The notes under the pieces are model-generated. The model saw only the letters and a program-made list of their open reading frames with translations, was not told the DNA's origin and searched no databases. Source: Oscillospiraceae bacterium (lineage in GTDB: Bacteria > Bacillota > Clostridia > Oscillospirales > Acutalibacteraceae). Taken from it: a stretch of 64,000 nucleotides of DNA. Where the stretch lies: assembly GCA_031259495.1 (NCBI GenBank), contig JAIRLJ010000033.1, forward strand, positions 572 through 64,571, given 5' to 3'. A program made the translations under genes and the position numbers. Shown in pieces: positions 41,695 through 53,545 of this stretch; positions within the stretch are counted from its first letter, which is position 1; each line of letters begins with the position of its first letter.

Positions 41695-43309
41695 CGAAAG
41701 TGAAATCAACATCTAAATTTTCGGGATTAAAAATTAAATCTTGTATTTTTTTATTTACAGCAAAACACTCAGAACTGCTACAAACTGGGTAAAACACGGC
41801 ATGATTAACCAAAAATTTTTCCAAATACTCTATAGCAGTCACAATTTTATCATCAGATGTTTTTTTTGTTGCTTCAAGAAGAGAATCAAATTCACTGTTT
41901 TTTAGCATAGCTATATTATCAGGACTATTAGATTTAAAAATATCAAAAGTTTCCATTGGATCGTTGCTTGTTTTAAAAGATATAGGCATCAATGCTAACT
42001 CAAAATTACCTGCATTAATTTCTAAGTTTAAATTTTCTTCTTGCACAGACCTTATATTTAAATTTGTATCTAAGTTTTTATTAAAGAGTTCCAACAGAGT
42101 ATTTGCAATCGTGTTCAATCCTTCATCATTAGGAGAAAGAAAAACTATTTCTTTTATAGAATTATTTTTTAACTCTTTCATAGCAAGCTTTAAAAGCTCC
42201 TTAGGATCTAATTTAGACTTTTGGAAAATATTAGACGCTAAGTCTATATATTTTTTTGAATTTATAGTTATATTTTCTGCAACAATATGATCACTTAAAG
42301 AAAGAAATCTTATTTTTTCGATTTCCGACGACAAATATTTTCTATCTATAGAAGAAATAAAACTTTTTCTGAGGTTTTCATTTGAGAAAAATGTTCCTTG
42401 ACAATTAAAAATAAGTCCCCAGTTTTTATTATTAAAATTAAAAATTTTAGCTCCTAATTTTTCGAATTTTGTAGACAAACTAGGATTAAAAAAACAGGCA
42501 TCAATTTCTTCAGAAGCGAAAAGATCAAATTTTGTATTTTTATTGTCGGAAAATTCGTCATTTATTGATAATTTTATACTTGGCGAAAACCCCCGTTCAT
42601 CTTTTCTAAAATAATTTTTATTTTTAACTAAATTTATAGCCCTTCCACGTTCCCAATTTTTAGTTATTCCAAATGGGCCATTAGTCAGAAGAGTTTTAAT
42701 ATTTTTACCATACTGACCATTACAAGTCTCGAAAAAATTTTGACAACACGGCATCATTGAAGATAAAGAACAAATTTTCGGAAAGTCCTTAAAAGGGTAT
42801 TCTAATTCTATTTTTAAAGTGTAATCGTCAACAGCTGTAATAGCGACGTCATCAAGCCTTTTTTCACCTAAATTTGCACTCTTTGAATTTTTTATACATA
42901 AAATCTCTTTAACAAATGGAGATTTTGTTTTCGGATCAATTGCTCGTTTTATACCAAAAACAAAATCATAAGCAGTAACATTTGTTTTTTGATCGCTCCA
43001 TTTTGCTTCTTTGCTCAAGTGAAAAGTGAAAGTCGAATCTGAATCAGACTCCCAAAAAGCCGCTATAGCTGGCAAAACCTCACCGTTTGGACCTATTCGA
43101 ACTAAACCATCAAATATATTTTTTATAACTGTGCTCTCATCAGAACCAGCCGATTGAGGGTCTAAAGTAGAAATATTGCGCCCTAATTTATAATTTATAA
43201 CTTGATACTTTACTTGGTTCTTACATCCCGATAGAAAAACAAAAAAAAATAACGATAACACTAAAGAAGACACAAACATAGCGTTAAATTTCAAAAATTT
43301 ACTGAACAT
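41678..43309 (-). CDS. ABC transporter substrate-binding protein, family 5 (oligopeptide/nickel type), orphan
   Basis: Lipoprotein signal (LSGC), 543 aa, and OppA-like blocks (TLDPQ..., WSDQK.VTAYDFVF). No adjacent permease or ATPase genes. Confidence 0.8.
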   Translation of the reverse strand: MFSKFLKFNAMFVSSLVLSLFFFVFLSGCKNQVKYQVINYKLGRNISTLDPQSAGSDESTVIKNIFDGLVRIGPNGEVLPAIAAFWESDSDSTFTFHLSKEAKWSDQKTNVTAYDFVFGIKRAIDPKTKSPFVKEILCIKNSKSANLGEKRLDDVAITAVDDYTLKIELEYPFKDFPKICSLSSMMPCCQNFFETCNGQYGKNIKTLLTNGPFGITKNWERGRAINLVKNKNYFRKDERGFSPSIKLSINDEFSDNKNTKFDLFASEEIDACFFNPSLSTKFEKLGAKIFNFNNKNWGLIFNCQGTFFSNENLRKSFISSIDRKYLSSEIEKIRFLSLSDHIVAENITINSKKYIDLASNIFQKSKLDPKELLKLAMKELKNNSIKEIVFLSPNDEGLNTIANTLLELFNKNLDTNLNIRSVQEENLNLEINAGNFELALMPISFKTSNDPMETFDIFKSNSPDNIAMLKNSEFDSLLEATKKTSDDKIVTAIEYLEKFLVNHAVFYPVCSSSECFAVNKKIQDLIFNPENLDVDFTFAKKRR

Positions 43310-43375
43310 TTTTCCTCAATTATGCTTATAGATTTCAACCACGAGCTGTATTCTAAACAGTATTTTATTTATTTT

Positions 43376-44914
43376 TTATTTTTTAATTACGTCATAGTTC
43401 CAAAGTGGTACACAACAAATCGCACCAAATAGAGCTGCACACCCCCAAAAAATAAGTGCCAATCTACTTTGGTCCCCAAAAAACTCTTTAGAAAAATCCA
43501 TCAACCAACCACTGATTGGATGGCCAACAGTGGTCCCTATGTAACCAACAAAACCAATAAGACCAACTGCTGCAGCACCCACTTTTTTTGAAGAAAACTC
43601 AACAGCGCAGACTCCACCCACTAATACTTGTGGAACACAGATAGAAAACCCCGCTATGCAAAGACACGCCACAAGAAGCGGTTTTTGAAAAACTTCATTA
43701 GATGAAATAGGAGAAAATTTAGAAATACTAAGCCAAACCCCTATTAAAGATAAGGCCGATGCTATCAAACACCAAAAATTTGCTGGTGCTCTTTTTCCTT
43801 TAAAAATTTTTTCTGAAATAGCTGGTGCTAAAATTGTACCTAGAAAACCCAATAAAAAAAGCACAGAACTAGAAAAGGCAGAAAAATATACACTATCTTG
43901 ATTTTGTATGATGTGAGTAAAGTCTGCGTTTCTACCTACATCCTTGCTAATTATTATTTCAAAAATTCGATTATTCAAACATTCTCTAAATATATAAACA
44001 AAAAAATAAATAGCAGCTAAATTCCATATAACTTTACTTTTTACGACATATTTTTTTAGAGTTTGAAAATACGTTAAATTTTCTTCTGATGCTTCATATT
44101 TTTTTTCTACCCCCCCAGATAAATTTGAACCACAAATCTCTTCTACATCTGGAAGACCAACGCTAACAGGTCTATCTTTTAAAGAGAAAAAACCAATAAC
44201 ACCAACTGATATAGAAATCAAAAACGGAAAAACGAATATAGACTCCGCCCCACCAAAACCTAAAGACCTTTGAACAAAAACACCTACAGGGAAAGCAGTA
44301 TTTGTGCCAATAAAAGCCCCAAGCTCATGAGAGCTAGAAAAAATTCCCCACCACTTAGCTCTGGATTTATTAGGGATCCATCGAATCAAACTTTTAGCAC
44401 AGTAGGGGAAAATTCCCGAATGAAGCCAGTTGCTAATTCCCCAAATTATACACGCAAAACAAACTGAAAAATCGTGATTTTTACCGTCAAACGGAGAAAG
44501 AAATATAGGGAAAGTCATCAACCCTGTAAAAGCACCAGCCATGATAGTATTTAGTGCTAGAGACGTGCGAACATTGCCTTTGTCAGCCAAAATTCCATTG
44601 ACAAATTTGCCTATACCATAAACAAAAGCACCTATACCCATTACTATTCCCATATCTTCTTTGCCAAATTCAAAAGCAACAGGAGCAGACATAGACAAAG
44701 ATCTCCTACAAATGTAAGAAACCACATACATCAAATAACATGTAAGAAATATTAAATTTCTCAGAACTGTATAACGCTTCTTTATTTCCTCTTTTGATTT
44801 TAGTGCAACAGGCTTAGCTTTAGGCTCAGAGAAAATTCTAAACAAAAAATACCCCTTATTTTTCTGCTCGAACCTTTTTGGGCTTGCAAGAGGAGTGTTT
44901 GACAAAACAATCAC
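43376..44914 (-). CDS. MFS transporter, organophosphate:Pi antiporter (GlpT/UhpC)-like
   Basis: ~12 TM helices, GILADKGNVR loop 2-3 motif and a WWGIFSSSHELGAFIG block reminiscent of the OPA family. GTG start (uncertain). Confidence 0.7.
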   Translation of the reverse strand: MIVLSNTPLASPKRFEQKNKGYFLFRIFSEPKAKPVALKSKEEIKKRYTVLRNLIFLTCYLMYVVSYICRRSLSMSAPVAFEFGKEDMGIVMGIGAFVYGIGKFVNGILADKGNVRTSLALNTIMAGAFTGLMTFPIFLSPFDGKNHDFSVCFACIIWGISNWLHSGIFPYCAKSLIRWIPNKSRAKWWGIFSSSHELGAFIGTNTAFPVGVFVQRSLGFGGAESIFVFPFLISISVGVIGFFSLKDRPVSVGLPDVEEICGSNLSGGVEKKYEASEENLTYFQTLKKYVVKSKVIWNLAAIYFFVYIFRECLNNRIFEIIISKDVGRNADFTHIIQNQDSVYFSAFSSSVLFLLGFLGTILAPAISEKIFKGKRAPANFWCLIASALSLIGVWLSISKFSPISSNEVFQKPLLVACLCIAGFSICVPQVLVGGVCAVEFSSKKVGAAAVGLIGFVGYIGTTVGHPISGWLMDFSKEFFGDQSRLALIFWGCAALFGAICCVPLWNYDVIKK

Positions 44915-45070
44915 ACTCCAATCAAGCTCAAATAAAAATGTACATTAAGTTCTGAATGAGTAATCCTTAAATTGTAGCGTTTTTTGATTTCAAATTCAAT
45001 AAAATTAAGTTTAAGTTCTTGTATACAAACTATAAAACCGATTTTCAAATCAGATTATTAAAATTACAAT

Positions 45071-45772
45071 TTATTTTTGTAAATTCTTTTTCTTAGAAAA
45101 TAAAAACTCAGCGAATTCTAAATCAAGAGTAGTGTCTATATCAACAGACCTTTTTCTTGGCATAATATATGCCCTACTTTTTTTAACATAAAAGCTTTTC
45201 TTTTTCAGAAAACTCTCACAATTTGCAAAATATAAAGCACCATTTAATCTATAAGTCTTTTTACACTTTTGGCGATTGAATTCAAAAGATTTCTTGTAAA
45301 GACTCAAATTTTGAGATAATTCAAAAAAATATTCTTTAGGGTGTTCTGATTTACAAACGCTTACAACAGAATCTAATTTTTCATCTATTATGATATCTGC
45401 TGCGTTTTTTATGTCCTTTGCAGTCCTAAAAGGAGAAGTCGGTTGTAGTACTGCAAAAAAATTAAAAGTTTTTCCCAAAACTTTAAATCTATTAAGTGCA
45501 TGAAGTATATATTTTTCACTTTTTGAAGTATCTCGAGAAATATTTTTAGGACGTAAAAACGGAACTTTGATTCCGTAATTTTCAGTTATTTTTTTATAAT
45601 TTTTACTATCAGTTGAGACAAATATAGTGTCAAAAATTTTTGATTTAATAGCTGCGTCTATTGAATAAAATATCAAAGGTTTATTATTTAAAAGTTTTAT
45701 ATTTTTGTTTTTTATACCTTTTGAATTGCTTTTTGCTGGTATTATAGCTAATAACTTATTCGATTTATACAA
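45071..45772 (-). CDS. neuA: Acylneuraminate cytidylyltransferase family (CMP-nonulosonic acid synthetase)
   Basis: LAIIPAKSNSKGIKNKN, VSTDS and LQPTSPFR motifs. TTG start. Confidence 0.8.
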   Translation of the reverse strand: MYKSNKLLAIIPAKSNSKGIKNKNIKLLNNKPLIFYSIDAAIKSKIFDTIFVSTDSKNYKKITENYGIKVPFLRPKNISRDTSKSEKYILHALNRFKVLGKTFNFFAVLQPTSPFRTAKDIKNAADIIIDEKLDSVVSVCKSEHPKEYFFELSQNLSLYKKSFEFNRQKCKKTYRLNGALYFANCESFLKKKSFYVKKSRAYIMPRKRSVDIDTTLDLEFAEFLFSKKKNLQK

Positions 45773-45836
45773 ATTAACTTCCTTTTAACTGGTTTTTTGT
45801 AGTATTAATATTTTTTTATTTATTATTTTTTTGTAA

Positions 45837-47861
45837 TCAAAAAAATTGGAGTCTTTTTTTTAATAATCTATTTTCATGTTTCATAAGTTCTGGATCTTGA
45901 TAGATAATACTTTGTGCTGCTTTTTTTATAGCTTCAAGAGTTTTTGCATCTTGCCGCAAAATAGTGGATTCGACAGCTGAAAACCCATGTTGTCTTACAC
46001 CCCAGAACTGTCCGGGGCCCCTAGTCTTTAAATCTTGCTCAGCGAGTCTAAAACCGTCAAAATTATTTTTAAGTGTTAGAAGTCTTTTTAAACTATCTTT
46101 GTTTTTACTATTAGAAAACAAGAAACAATAAGATTTTAAATCAGATCTTCCAACTCTTCCTCTTAGTTGGTGCAACGTAGAAAGCCCAAAACGTTCAGCG
46201 TTTTGAATTACCATAAACGTAGCAAAAGGCGCGTCTATGCCAACTTCTAAAACAGTTGTTGAAATTAACAAATCTATTTTTCTAGATAAAAAATCAGATG
46301 CTATTTTATTTTTTTCACTTTCTTTCGTTCTGCCACTCAAAACTTCGATTTTACAATTTCTGAGGGAAGTTTTTTTGATTTTTTTTGCACACTCCTCAAG
46401 AGAAATACGATCATCTTCACACTCACTATCTTCGATTAGTGGGCAAACTATGTAACCTTGTTGCTTTTTGCTTATGAGTTTACATATAAAATTAAAAATC
46501 TCTTCTTCTTTTTTATAGTTTACAAGAAATGTTTTAGTTTTTTTTCTATTGGGAGGCATTTCATCTATGATTGAAATCTTTAAGTCGGTATAAAATATCA
46601 TAGCTAAGGTTCTTGGTATAGGAGTAGCTGATATAACGAGAGCATGTGGACTTTTGCTTTTGTTCAGCAAAGCTTCTCTTTGACTTATACCAAATCTGTG
46701 CTGTTCATCTATTGCTACAAAGGCCAAATTTTTAAAAATTATATCATCACTTATAAGAGCATGTGTTCCAATTAAAATATCGACTTTACCATCTTTTAGT
46801 TTTGATAAAATCATTTTTTTTTCTTTGGATTTAGTTGACCCAGTTAAAAGTTCTATTTTTATGTCTCTATTTTTAAAAAAGTTATTAAAAGAGTTTAAGT
46901 GCTGCTTTGCTAAAACTTCAGTAGGAACCATTAAACTACTCTGAAAACCATTTTTATAAGTGTTATAACAAAGAACAGCTGTAACAACGGTTTTTCCAGA
47001 GCCAACATCCCCCTGTAAAAGTCTCTTCATAGAAAAAGAACTTTGTCTCATTTCATCCGTACATTCTCTTATGCAACGTTTTTGGGCTAAGGTTAATTCA
47101 TAAGGTAAATTTTTAATTAATTCACTAGTAAAATCGTTTTTTAAAACGAAATTATTCTTACAAGATTTTGATATTTGAGATCTAATAAGTTTCAATTGAA
47201 AAATTAAGGTCTGCTCAAATGCAAAATACTTTCTTGAAATAAAAATATCTTTCTTTGTTTTTGGGAAATGTATATTTTTTATGGCAAAATCTAATGTGCA
47301 CAAATTAAATTTTTTTTGTACACTCGGGGGAATTTGTTCGCGTATGTTATTTGATATTAAATTTAGCGCTTTATTTGTGAGTTCTTGAATTTTTTTAGAT
47401 TTTAAACCCTTAACTTGATTGTAAATTGGAATAATCGGAGTTTTTTTAAGAATTTTTTCATCAAAATAATCTGGACAAATCATACTGAAACTCTTAAAAA
47501 TTCTTTTTATTTTTCCAAAAAATATAAAACTCTTACCTAAACTAAAAAATTTGAATATAGAAGGATTATTAAAAAACGTTATATTAATAATAACTCCACT
47601 ACTATCACAGACTTTAAACTTGTAAGAAATTCTATTAGAAGAAGATTTTGTTTTTACAATGTAACTACAAACCGTAGCCTTTACCGCTATGGGAACATCT
47701 TCAAACAATTCGGTCGTTTTAATCGTTCTAGTTAAATCTTTATAACTTCTCGGAAAAAAATATAAAAGCTCACCGATAGTATTTACTTTTAATTTTGAAA
47801 AAAGTTGGGTAATTCTTGAATTATTTTGAAGTAATTTCAAGTTTGCTAAGAAAAGCGACAT
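45837..47861 (-). CDS. recG: ATP-dependent DNA helicase RecG
   Basis: OB wedge N-terminus, LQGDVGSGKT, DEQHRFG and LHQLRGRVGR motifs. Confidence 0.9.
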   Translation of the reverse strand: MSLFLANLKLLQNNSRITQLFSKLKVNTIGELLYFFPRSYKDLTRTIKTTELFEDVPIAVKATVCSYIVKTKSSSNRISYKFKVCDSSGVIINITFFNNPSIFKFFSLGKSFIFFGKIKRIFKSFSMICPDYFDEKILKKTPIIPIYNQVKGLKSKKIQELTNKALNLISNNIREQIPPSVQKKFNLCTLDFAIKNIHFPKTKKDIFISRKYFAFEQTLIFQLKLIRSQISKSCKNNFVLKNDFTSELIKNLPYELTLAQKRCIRECTDEMRQSSFSMKRLLQGDVGSGKTVVTAVLCYNTYKNGFQSSLMVPTEVLAKQHLNSFNNFFKNRDIKIELLTGSTKSKEKKMILSKLKDGKVDILIGTHALISDDIIFKNLAFVAIDEQHRFGISQREALLNKSKSPHALVISATPIPRTLAMIFYTDLKISIIDEMPPNRKKTKTFLVNYKKEEEIFNFICKLISKKQQGYIVCPLIEDSECEDDRISLEECAKKIKKTSLRNCKIEVLSGRTKESEKNKIASDFLSRKIDLLISTTVLEVGIDAPFATFMVIQNAERFGLSTLHQLRGRVGRSDLKSYCFLFSNSKNKDSLKRLLTLKNNFDGFRLAEQDLKTRGPGQFWGVRQHGFSAVESTILRQDAKTLEAIKKAAQSIIYQDPELMKHENRLLKKRLQFF

Positions 47862-47882
47862 GTATTTTTATCCTAGTCTTAG

Positions 47883-49640
47883 TCATTCTGCAGAAATTAT
47901 AAAATGATATATTGGTTGTTTCCCATCTACTACAGAAATTTCCGTGTTCGGAAAAAGTTTTGACTCGGCTTTCTTGCGAGCCTCAGCAGCCTGTTTATTG
48001 GAAATTAAATCACCATAAATCAAATTAACAAAGCTCGTATTTTTGTCAATCATTTTAGCGACAAGCTTTGCACAAGCTTTAACAGGATTTTTCGATTTAA
48101 TAACAAGTTTTCCATCAATAAGGCCTATTATGTCATCTTTTATTATTTTTATAGAACCAAACTCAGCATTTCTAGAAGCAAATGTTATCTGTCCTGTTTT
48201 TACATTAGATACCGCTTGTAACATAGTTGAAAAATTTTTCTCATTACTATCACCCGGATTATAACTCAACATTGCTGAAATACCCTGTGGAATAGTTTTG
48301 GTTTCAATAACAACTACTTTTCTGTCTCTCACAAGAGGTATAACTTGACGTGCAGAAAGTATTATATTTTTATTATTCGGTAAAACAAAAACCGTTTTAG
48401 CTGGAGTTGCTAATACAGCTTTAACTATATCATCTGTACTTGGATTCATAGACTGACCACCAGCTACTATTTTGTTGACACCAATATCAGAAAATATTTT
48501 TTTTATTCCATTTCCAGCACATATGGAAACAAAGCCCACATCATTAACAGGTTCTGCAGGCAACAATTTAACTTCATTTGACACTCTATCATATTGAGCA
48601 GCTTCTTTTAATTGTCTATTTTGTTCACGCATGTTGCTTATTTTTACATCTATTAGTTCGCCAACTTTTAATCCTTCCTGAATAGCTAGGCCGGGCTTAT
48701 CGCTATGAACATGAACTTTTACTACATTGTCATCTGAAACTACAACAACACAATCTCCAATAGTTTCAAGATAAGATTTCATAACATTTATTTTTTTACC
48801 AGTTCCAGATTTTTTATTTCTTTGGCAAATAAACTCCGTACAATAAGGAAAATTTATATCAGCATTTAAATCGTCCACAACACCTAAAATACTTTTATTT
48901 TCATCTTTTGAAACATTATTCGATTCTAAACTAGCCTTATTATTATGAGTCGAAACACTAGTAATACCATTGCCAAGAAAAACAGACAACATTCCATAAA
49001 AAAGCAGACAAACCCCTTTGCCCCCAGCATCAACAACTCCTACTTTTTTTAGCACAGGAAGCAAATTCGGCGTCATTTTAAGTGCTTCCTCAGCACCTCT
49101 ACAAACCTCAGACCAAAGTTCTTTTAACGAAACTGATTTTTTATAATCTAAAAAGGCTCTCGCTTTTTCAGCTGCCACTCTAACAACGGTTAACATCGTG
49201 CCTTCTGTGGGTTTATTAACAGCTTTATAAGCTTCTTTCACGCCAATTTCTAACCCCTTTAAAAGAACATCTGGCTTTGCTGCTTGTTTATCGTAATTCT
49301 TAAAACCCAAGGATATTCCTTTTAAAAGTAGAGAAAGTATTGTTCCAGAATTTCCTTTAGCACCACGCAAAGCAGCCGATGCAACTATTTCAGAAACTTT
49401 CTTCAAACTAATAAAATCCTTACCGCAAATTCTATATGAGGCAGAATTTATAGTAAAAGACATATTAGTTCCCGTATCTCCATCGGGTACGGGGAAAATA
49501 TTCATTTTATTTATTTTTTCCTTACCATTAGCTAAATTATTGGCTCCAGAAATTATCGCATCGCGAAAAATATTTGGGCTTATCAATATAAAAAGCAACT
49601 CCTTTAGCAGTAATGCGCACACAAGAGTCAAAAGAATCAA
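47883..49640 (-). CDS. yloV: DAK2 domain fusion protein YloV
   Basis: ISGANNL....IN.MNIFPVPDGDTGTNM and GAKGNSG motifs plus the C-terminal YloV domain. The first 18 codons are hydrophobic and contain the AAGGAG SD, so the in-frame TTG at 49586 is the more likely start. Confidence 0.8.
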   Translation of the reverse strand: MILLTLVCALLLKELLFILISPNIFRDAIISGANNLANGKEKINKMNIFPVPDGDTGTNMSFTINSASYRICGKDFISLKKVSEIVASAALRGAKGNSGTILSLLLKGISLGFKNYDKQAAKPDVLLKGLEIGVKEAYKAVNKPTEGTMLTVVRVAAEKARAFLDYKKSVSLKELWSEVCRGAEEALKMTPNLLPVLKKVGVVDAGGKGVCLLFYGMLSVFLGNGITSVSTHNNKASLESNNVSKDENKSILGVVDDLNADINFPYCTEFICQRNKKSGTGKKINVMKSYLETIGDCVVVVSDDNVVKVHVHSDKPGLAIQEGLKVGELIDVKISNMREQNRQLKEAAQYDRVSNEVKLLPAEPVNDVGFVSICAGNGIKKIFSDIGVNKIVAGGQSMNPSTDDIVKAVLATPAKTVFVLPNNKNIILSARQVIPLVRDRKVVVIETKTIPQGISAMLSYNPGDSNEKNFSTMLQAVSNVKTGQITFASRNAEFGSIKIIKDDIIGLIDGKLVIKSKNPVKACAKLVAKMIDKNTSFVNLIYGDLISNKQAAEARKKAESKLFPNTEISVVDGKQPIYHFIISAE

Positions 49641-49671
49641 AACAAAAAATATAAAAGAAAATTTCCACTAA

Positions 49672-49748
49672 TGGTGGGCCATCTAGGACTCGAACCTAGG
49701 ACCGACCGGTTATGAGCCGGTTGCTCTAACCAACTGAGCTAATGGCCC
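49672..49748 (-). tRNA. tRNA with anticodon CAT, most likely tRNA-Ile2 (lysidine) rather than elongator Met; CCA encoded
   Basis: Cloverleaf GGGCCAT...ACCGG-CTCATAA-CCGGT...CTAGG-TTCGAGT-CCTAG-ATGGCCC-A-CCA. Normal 1:72 pair. The D and T arms resemble the Bacillus tRNA-Ile(CAU) as I recall it. Confidence 0.8.
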
Positions 49749-49794
49749 CTTCTTAAAGAAAACATTTCATATATCGCCCAAGATTTCACCTTTC

Positions 49795-49824
49795 AAGCTA
49801 CCAAAAAAACGTCGGCCTTGTCAA
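49795..49824 (-). promoter_or_regulatory. Possible promoter for the CAT tRNA (TTGACA-18 nt-TAGCTT)
   Basis: Minus-strand hexamers with an 18-nt spacer ~45 nt upstream of the tRNA. The -10 is weak. Confidence 0.3.
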
Positions 49825-49972
49825 GAAGCAGCATCAATCCAAAAACCCTTCGGTTGTTTGTTTTCAAAAGCTACCTAAAGTATTAACCAATAAAATAAAC
49901 GGACAAAATTTAAATAAAATCTAACGCAGAAGCGAGTCTAAAAAATTAACTAAAATTTTAACAGACAAACAA

Positions 49973-52900
49973 TTAAACAGTATTGCTTTCTCGAAGCTTT
50001 TGAATCTCTACATCTTGATAGTCAAAAATTCCAGTGCCCGAGGGAATTAATTTACCAATAATCACATTTTCTTTTAAGCCACACAGTGGATCAACTTTAC
50101 TTTTAATAGAAGCATCGGTTAGTACTCTAGTAGTTTCCTGAAAAGAAGCAGCCGAAAGAAAAGAATCCGTATTAAGAGAAGCTTTTGTAATCCCCAAAAG
50201 AACCGGAAGGCAAGTAGCCTCCAAAAGACTTTTTTCACCATTTTTTATTCTTTCTTTAATCTTTTTATTTTCGAGTTCAAATTCAACTCTTTCAACGAGT
50301 AGGCCAGGCAAAAATTTGCTACTTCCCTGTGCTTTTATTTTTACTTTTCTTAACATTTGAGAAACTATTATCTCAATGTGTTTATCATTGATATCAACCC
50401 CCTGCATACGATAGACTTTTTGAACTTCCGTTATTAAATAATCCTGAACAGCTTCTTTTCCGCTTATTGCTAGTACATCATGTGAGTTCACAGAACCTCC
50501 AGTTAAACGGTGACCAGATCTTATTTCTTCTCCTTCCACAACTCTGGTTCTTGAACCAAACGGAATCAAATATGCAACCTCTTCTCCTGTTTTTTTATTG
50601 TTAACAATAACATGTTTATTTTCTTTTATTTCTCTAAAGCTAACTATACCTGATATCTCGCTTATTATAGAAAGACGTTTCGGTGTCCTACCTTCGAAAA
50701 GTTCTTCAATTCGAGGCAAACCCTGAGTAATATCATCGTTATCGTTACCAGCAATACCTCCAGTATGAAACGTACGAAGAGTAAGCTGCGTGCCAGGCTC
50801 ACCAATAGACTGTGCTGCTATAATACCAACAGCTTCTCCTATATTTGAACTAAGACCAGTCGCAAGATTTGAACCATAACATTTTTTACATACACCTCGT
50901 CTTGATTTACACCCAAGTACGGACCTAATAGATATTTCTTTTACACCAGAGCCTATAATATCACGAGCATCTTTCGTTGTAATTAATCTATCTTTTGAAA
51001 CTAGTACTTCTCCTGTTTTACTGTTCACAAAATCCTCGCAAAGATATCTTCCAACTAAACGCTCCGACAACGGTTCTATAAGTTCTTTACCGTCTAAAAT
51101 ATCAAATATAACTATCCCTTCATTGGAACCACAGTCCTCTTCCCTGATTATGACGTCTTGCGAAACGTCGACTAGGCGTCGAGTAAGATATCCCGAATCA
51201 GCTGTTCTAAGAGCCATATCAGCAAGTCCTTTTCTTGCTCCTCTAGATGAGATAAAGTACTCGAAAACATTTAATCCCTCTCTGTAATTTGACTTTATAG
51301 GAACTTCAATCGTCTTACCAGATGTGTTTGCAATAAGCCCACGCATACCAGAAAGTTGCCTTATTTGACTCATTGTACTTCTTGCTCCAGAATCTGCCAT
51401 CATATAAACTGGATTGAACTCGTCAAAACTTTTCTTTAAGATCTCAGTAACGTCGACCGTTGCTTTTTCCCAAATTTTTAAAACATGGTTATAACGTTCT
51501 TCATCGGACATGAGACCTCTTCCAAAATAACTTGATATCACATCAATCTCTTTTTGCGCTCTAACAAGGATTTTCTTTTTTTCATTCGGTATAACAGCAT
51601 CTTGCACACAAAGCGAAATTGCGCCTTTCGTCGAATATTTGAAACCCAAAGTTTTTATGCCATCAAGTATCTTTGCTGTTTTTAAAGTTCCTTGAATTGC
51701 TATACATCTTTCAACTATTTGTCCAAGTTGTTTCTTACTAACTAAAAACTCCACTTCCAATTTTGAAGCATTCTTTTTTAGCGTTCTATCCACAAAACCA
51801 AGATTTTGAGGCAAACTCCGATTAAATATAATTCTGCCAACTGTAGTTTCTAAAATATCAGAAACTTCTTCGCCCTCAAACTCCACTATATTGCGGACTT
51901 TTATTTTTGCATGAAGACTTACACTTCCAACTTCATATGCCAGCACAGCTTCATCAAAGTTAGAAAAAACTTTTCCTTCACCCTTATCTTTATCTTTTAC
52001 CATAGTTAAATAATATGACCCAAGAACCATGTCTTGTGCTGGAACGACTATCGGTCTACCATCAGACGGCTTCAAAAGATTCCCAGCGGCAATCATTAAA
52101 AGTTTTGCCTCTGCCTGAGCTTCAGCAGAAAGTGGCACGTGAACAGCCATCTGGTCTCCATCAAAATCAGCATTATAAGCCGCACAAACCAAAGGGTGAA
52201 GTTTCAAAGCATGACCCTCAACCAAAATCGGTTCAAATGCTTGGATTCCCAATCTATGCAAAGTTGGAGCTCGATTCAAAAGAATTGGGTGTTCTTTAAT
52301 TACAACCTCAAGCGCACCCCAAACCTCAGAGCTAGCTCTTTCTATAGTTTTTCTTGCAGCTTTTATGTTATTAGAAAAACCAATTTCTACCAAACGTTTC
52401 ATAACAAAAGGTTTAAAAAGCTCAAGTGCCATCTCTTTTGGCAACCCACACTGATGCATCTTGAGTTCAGGTCCAACCACAATAACTGAACGCCCAGAAT
52501 AGTCAACACGCTTACCAAGAAGATTCTGACGAAAACGCCCTTGTTTTCCTTTTAACATGTCTGACAATGATTTTAGAGGTCGATTGTTTGCACCAACAGC
52601 AGAACGCCCGCGGCGACCATTATCTATGAGCGCATCAACGGCTTCTTGAAGCATTCTTTTTTCGTTTCTAATGATAATATCGGGAGCTTGCAGATCCATA
52701 AGTCTTTTTAGGCGATTATTCCTATTAATAACTCTTCTATAAAGATCGTTAAGATCGCTTGTAGCAAAACGTCCACCATCAAGTTGAACCATAGGACGAA
52801 GATCGGGAGGTATAACAGGTAAAATGTCGAGTATCATCCATTCAAGTTTATTTTCAGAATTTCTAAAAGACTGCGCTATGTCTAGGCGTTTTACTAATCT

Positions 52901-53512
52901 ACAACGTTTTTGTCCAGTAGCTGTCTCAAGATTTTCAGATATCTCTTTGCAAAGTTCATTCAAATCTACATCTTGTAAGAGTCTCCTAATAGCCTCTGCC
53001 CCCATAGATGCTTCAAAATCGTCCTCATATTTTTCGCGTAAATCTTGATATTCTCTTTCACTTAAAAACTGTTTTTTCGTAAGCTCTTTAACATTTCCGT
53101 TATCAGTAACAATATATAAAGAAAAATATAAAACTTTTTCAAGCATTCTCGGAGACAAATCCAAAATAAGGCCTATCTTAGAGGGGATGCCTTTGAAGTA
53201 CCAAATATGAGAAACTGGAGATGCAAGTTTAATGTGTCCCATTCTTTCACGACGCACCTTTGACTTAGTGACTTCGACACCACATCTGTCACAAATTTTT
53301 CCTTTATAACGAATCCGCTTATATTTGCCGCAATGACACTCCCAGTCTTTTTGAGGACCAAAAATTTTCTCACAAAAAAGACCATCTTTTTCAGGTTTAA
53401 GTGTCCTATAATTTATAGTCTCGGGTTTCTTTACTTCTCCACAAGACCATTCTTCAATACGTTCCGGCGAGGCTATACCTATTTTTATATTTTTAAATAT
53501 ATTAAATTCCAT
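49973..53512 (-). CDS. rpoC: DNA-directed RNA polymerase subunit beta prime
   Basis: Zinc finger CHCGKY...CDRCGV and NADFDGDQM catalytic motif. An AGGAGGT SD lies 3 nt before the ATG at 53512 (the track ORF begins at TTG 53533). Confidence 0.95.
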   Translation of the reverse strand: MEFNIFKNIKIGIASPERIEEWSCGEVKKPETINYRTLKPEKDGLFCEKIFGPQKDWECHCGKYKRIRYKGKICDRCGVEVTKSKVRRERMGHIKLASPVSHIWYFKGIPSKIGLILDLSPRMLEKVLYFSLYIVTDNGNVKELTKKQFLSEREYQDLREKYEDDFEASMGAEAIRRLLQDVDLNELCKEISENLETATGQKRCRLVKRLDIAQSFRNSENKLEWMILDILPVIPPDLRPMVQLDGGRFATSDLNDLYRRVINRNNRLKRLMDLQAPDIIIRNEKRMLQEAVDALIDNGRRGRSAVGANNRPLKSLSDMLKGKQGRFRQNLLGKRVDYSGRSVIVVGPELKMHQCGLPKEMALELFKPFVMKRLVEIGFSNNIKAARKTIERASSEVWGALEVVIKEHPILLNRAPTLHRLGIQAFEPILVEGHALKLHPLVCAAYNADFDGDQMAVHVPLSAEAQAEAKLLMIAAGNLLKPSDGRPIVVPAQDMVLGSYYLTMVKDKDKGEGKVFSNFDEAVLAYEVGSVSLHAKIKVRNIVEFEGEEVSDILETTVGRIIFNRSLPQNLGFVDRTLKKNASKLEVEFLVSKKQLGQIVERCIAIQGTLKTAKILDGIKTLGFKYSTKGAISLCVQDAVIPNEKKKILVRAQKEIDVISSYFGRGLMSDEERYNHVLKIWEKATVDVTEILKKSFDEFNPVYMMADSGARSTMSQIRQLSGMRGLIANTSGKTIEVPIKSNYREGLNVFEYFISSRGARKGLADMALRTADSGYLTRRLVDVSQDVIIREEDCGSNEGIVIFDILDGKELIEPLSERLVGRYLCEDFVNSKTGEVLVSKDRLITTKDARDIIGSGVKEISIRSVLGCKSRRGVCKKCYGSNLATGLSSNIGEAVGIIAAQSIGEPGTQLTLRTFHTGGIAGNDNDDITQGLPRIEELFEGRTPKRLSIISEISGIVSFREIKENKHVIVNNKKTGEEVAYLIPFGSRTRVVEGEEIRSGHRLTGGSVNSHDVLAISGKEAVQDYLITEVQKVYRMQGVDINDKHIEIIVSQMLRKVKIKAQGSSKFLPGLLVERVEFELENKKIKERIKNGEKSLLEATCLPVLLGITKASLNTDSFLSAASFQETTRVLTDASIKSKVDPLCGLKENVIIGKLIPSGTGIFDYQDVEIQKLRESNTV

Positions 53513-53545
53513 CGTACCTCCTGCTAAACTCAATCACCAATGATA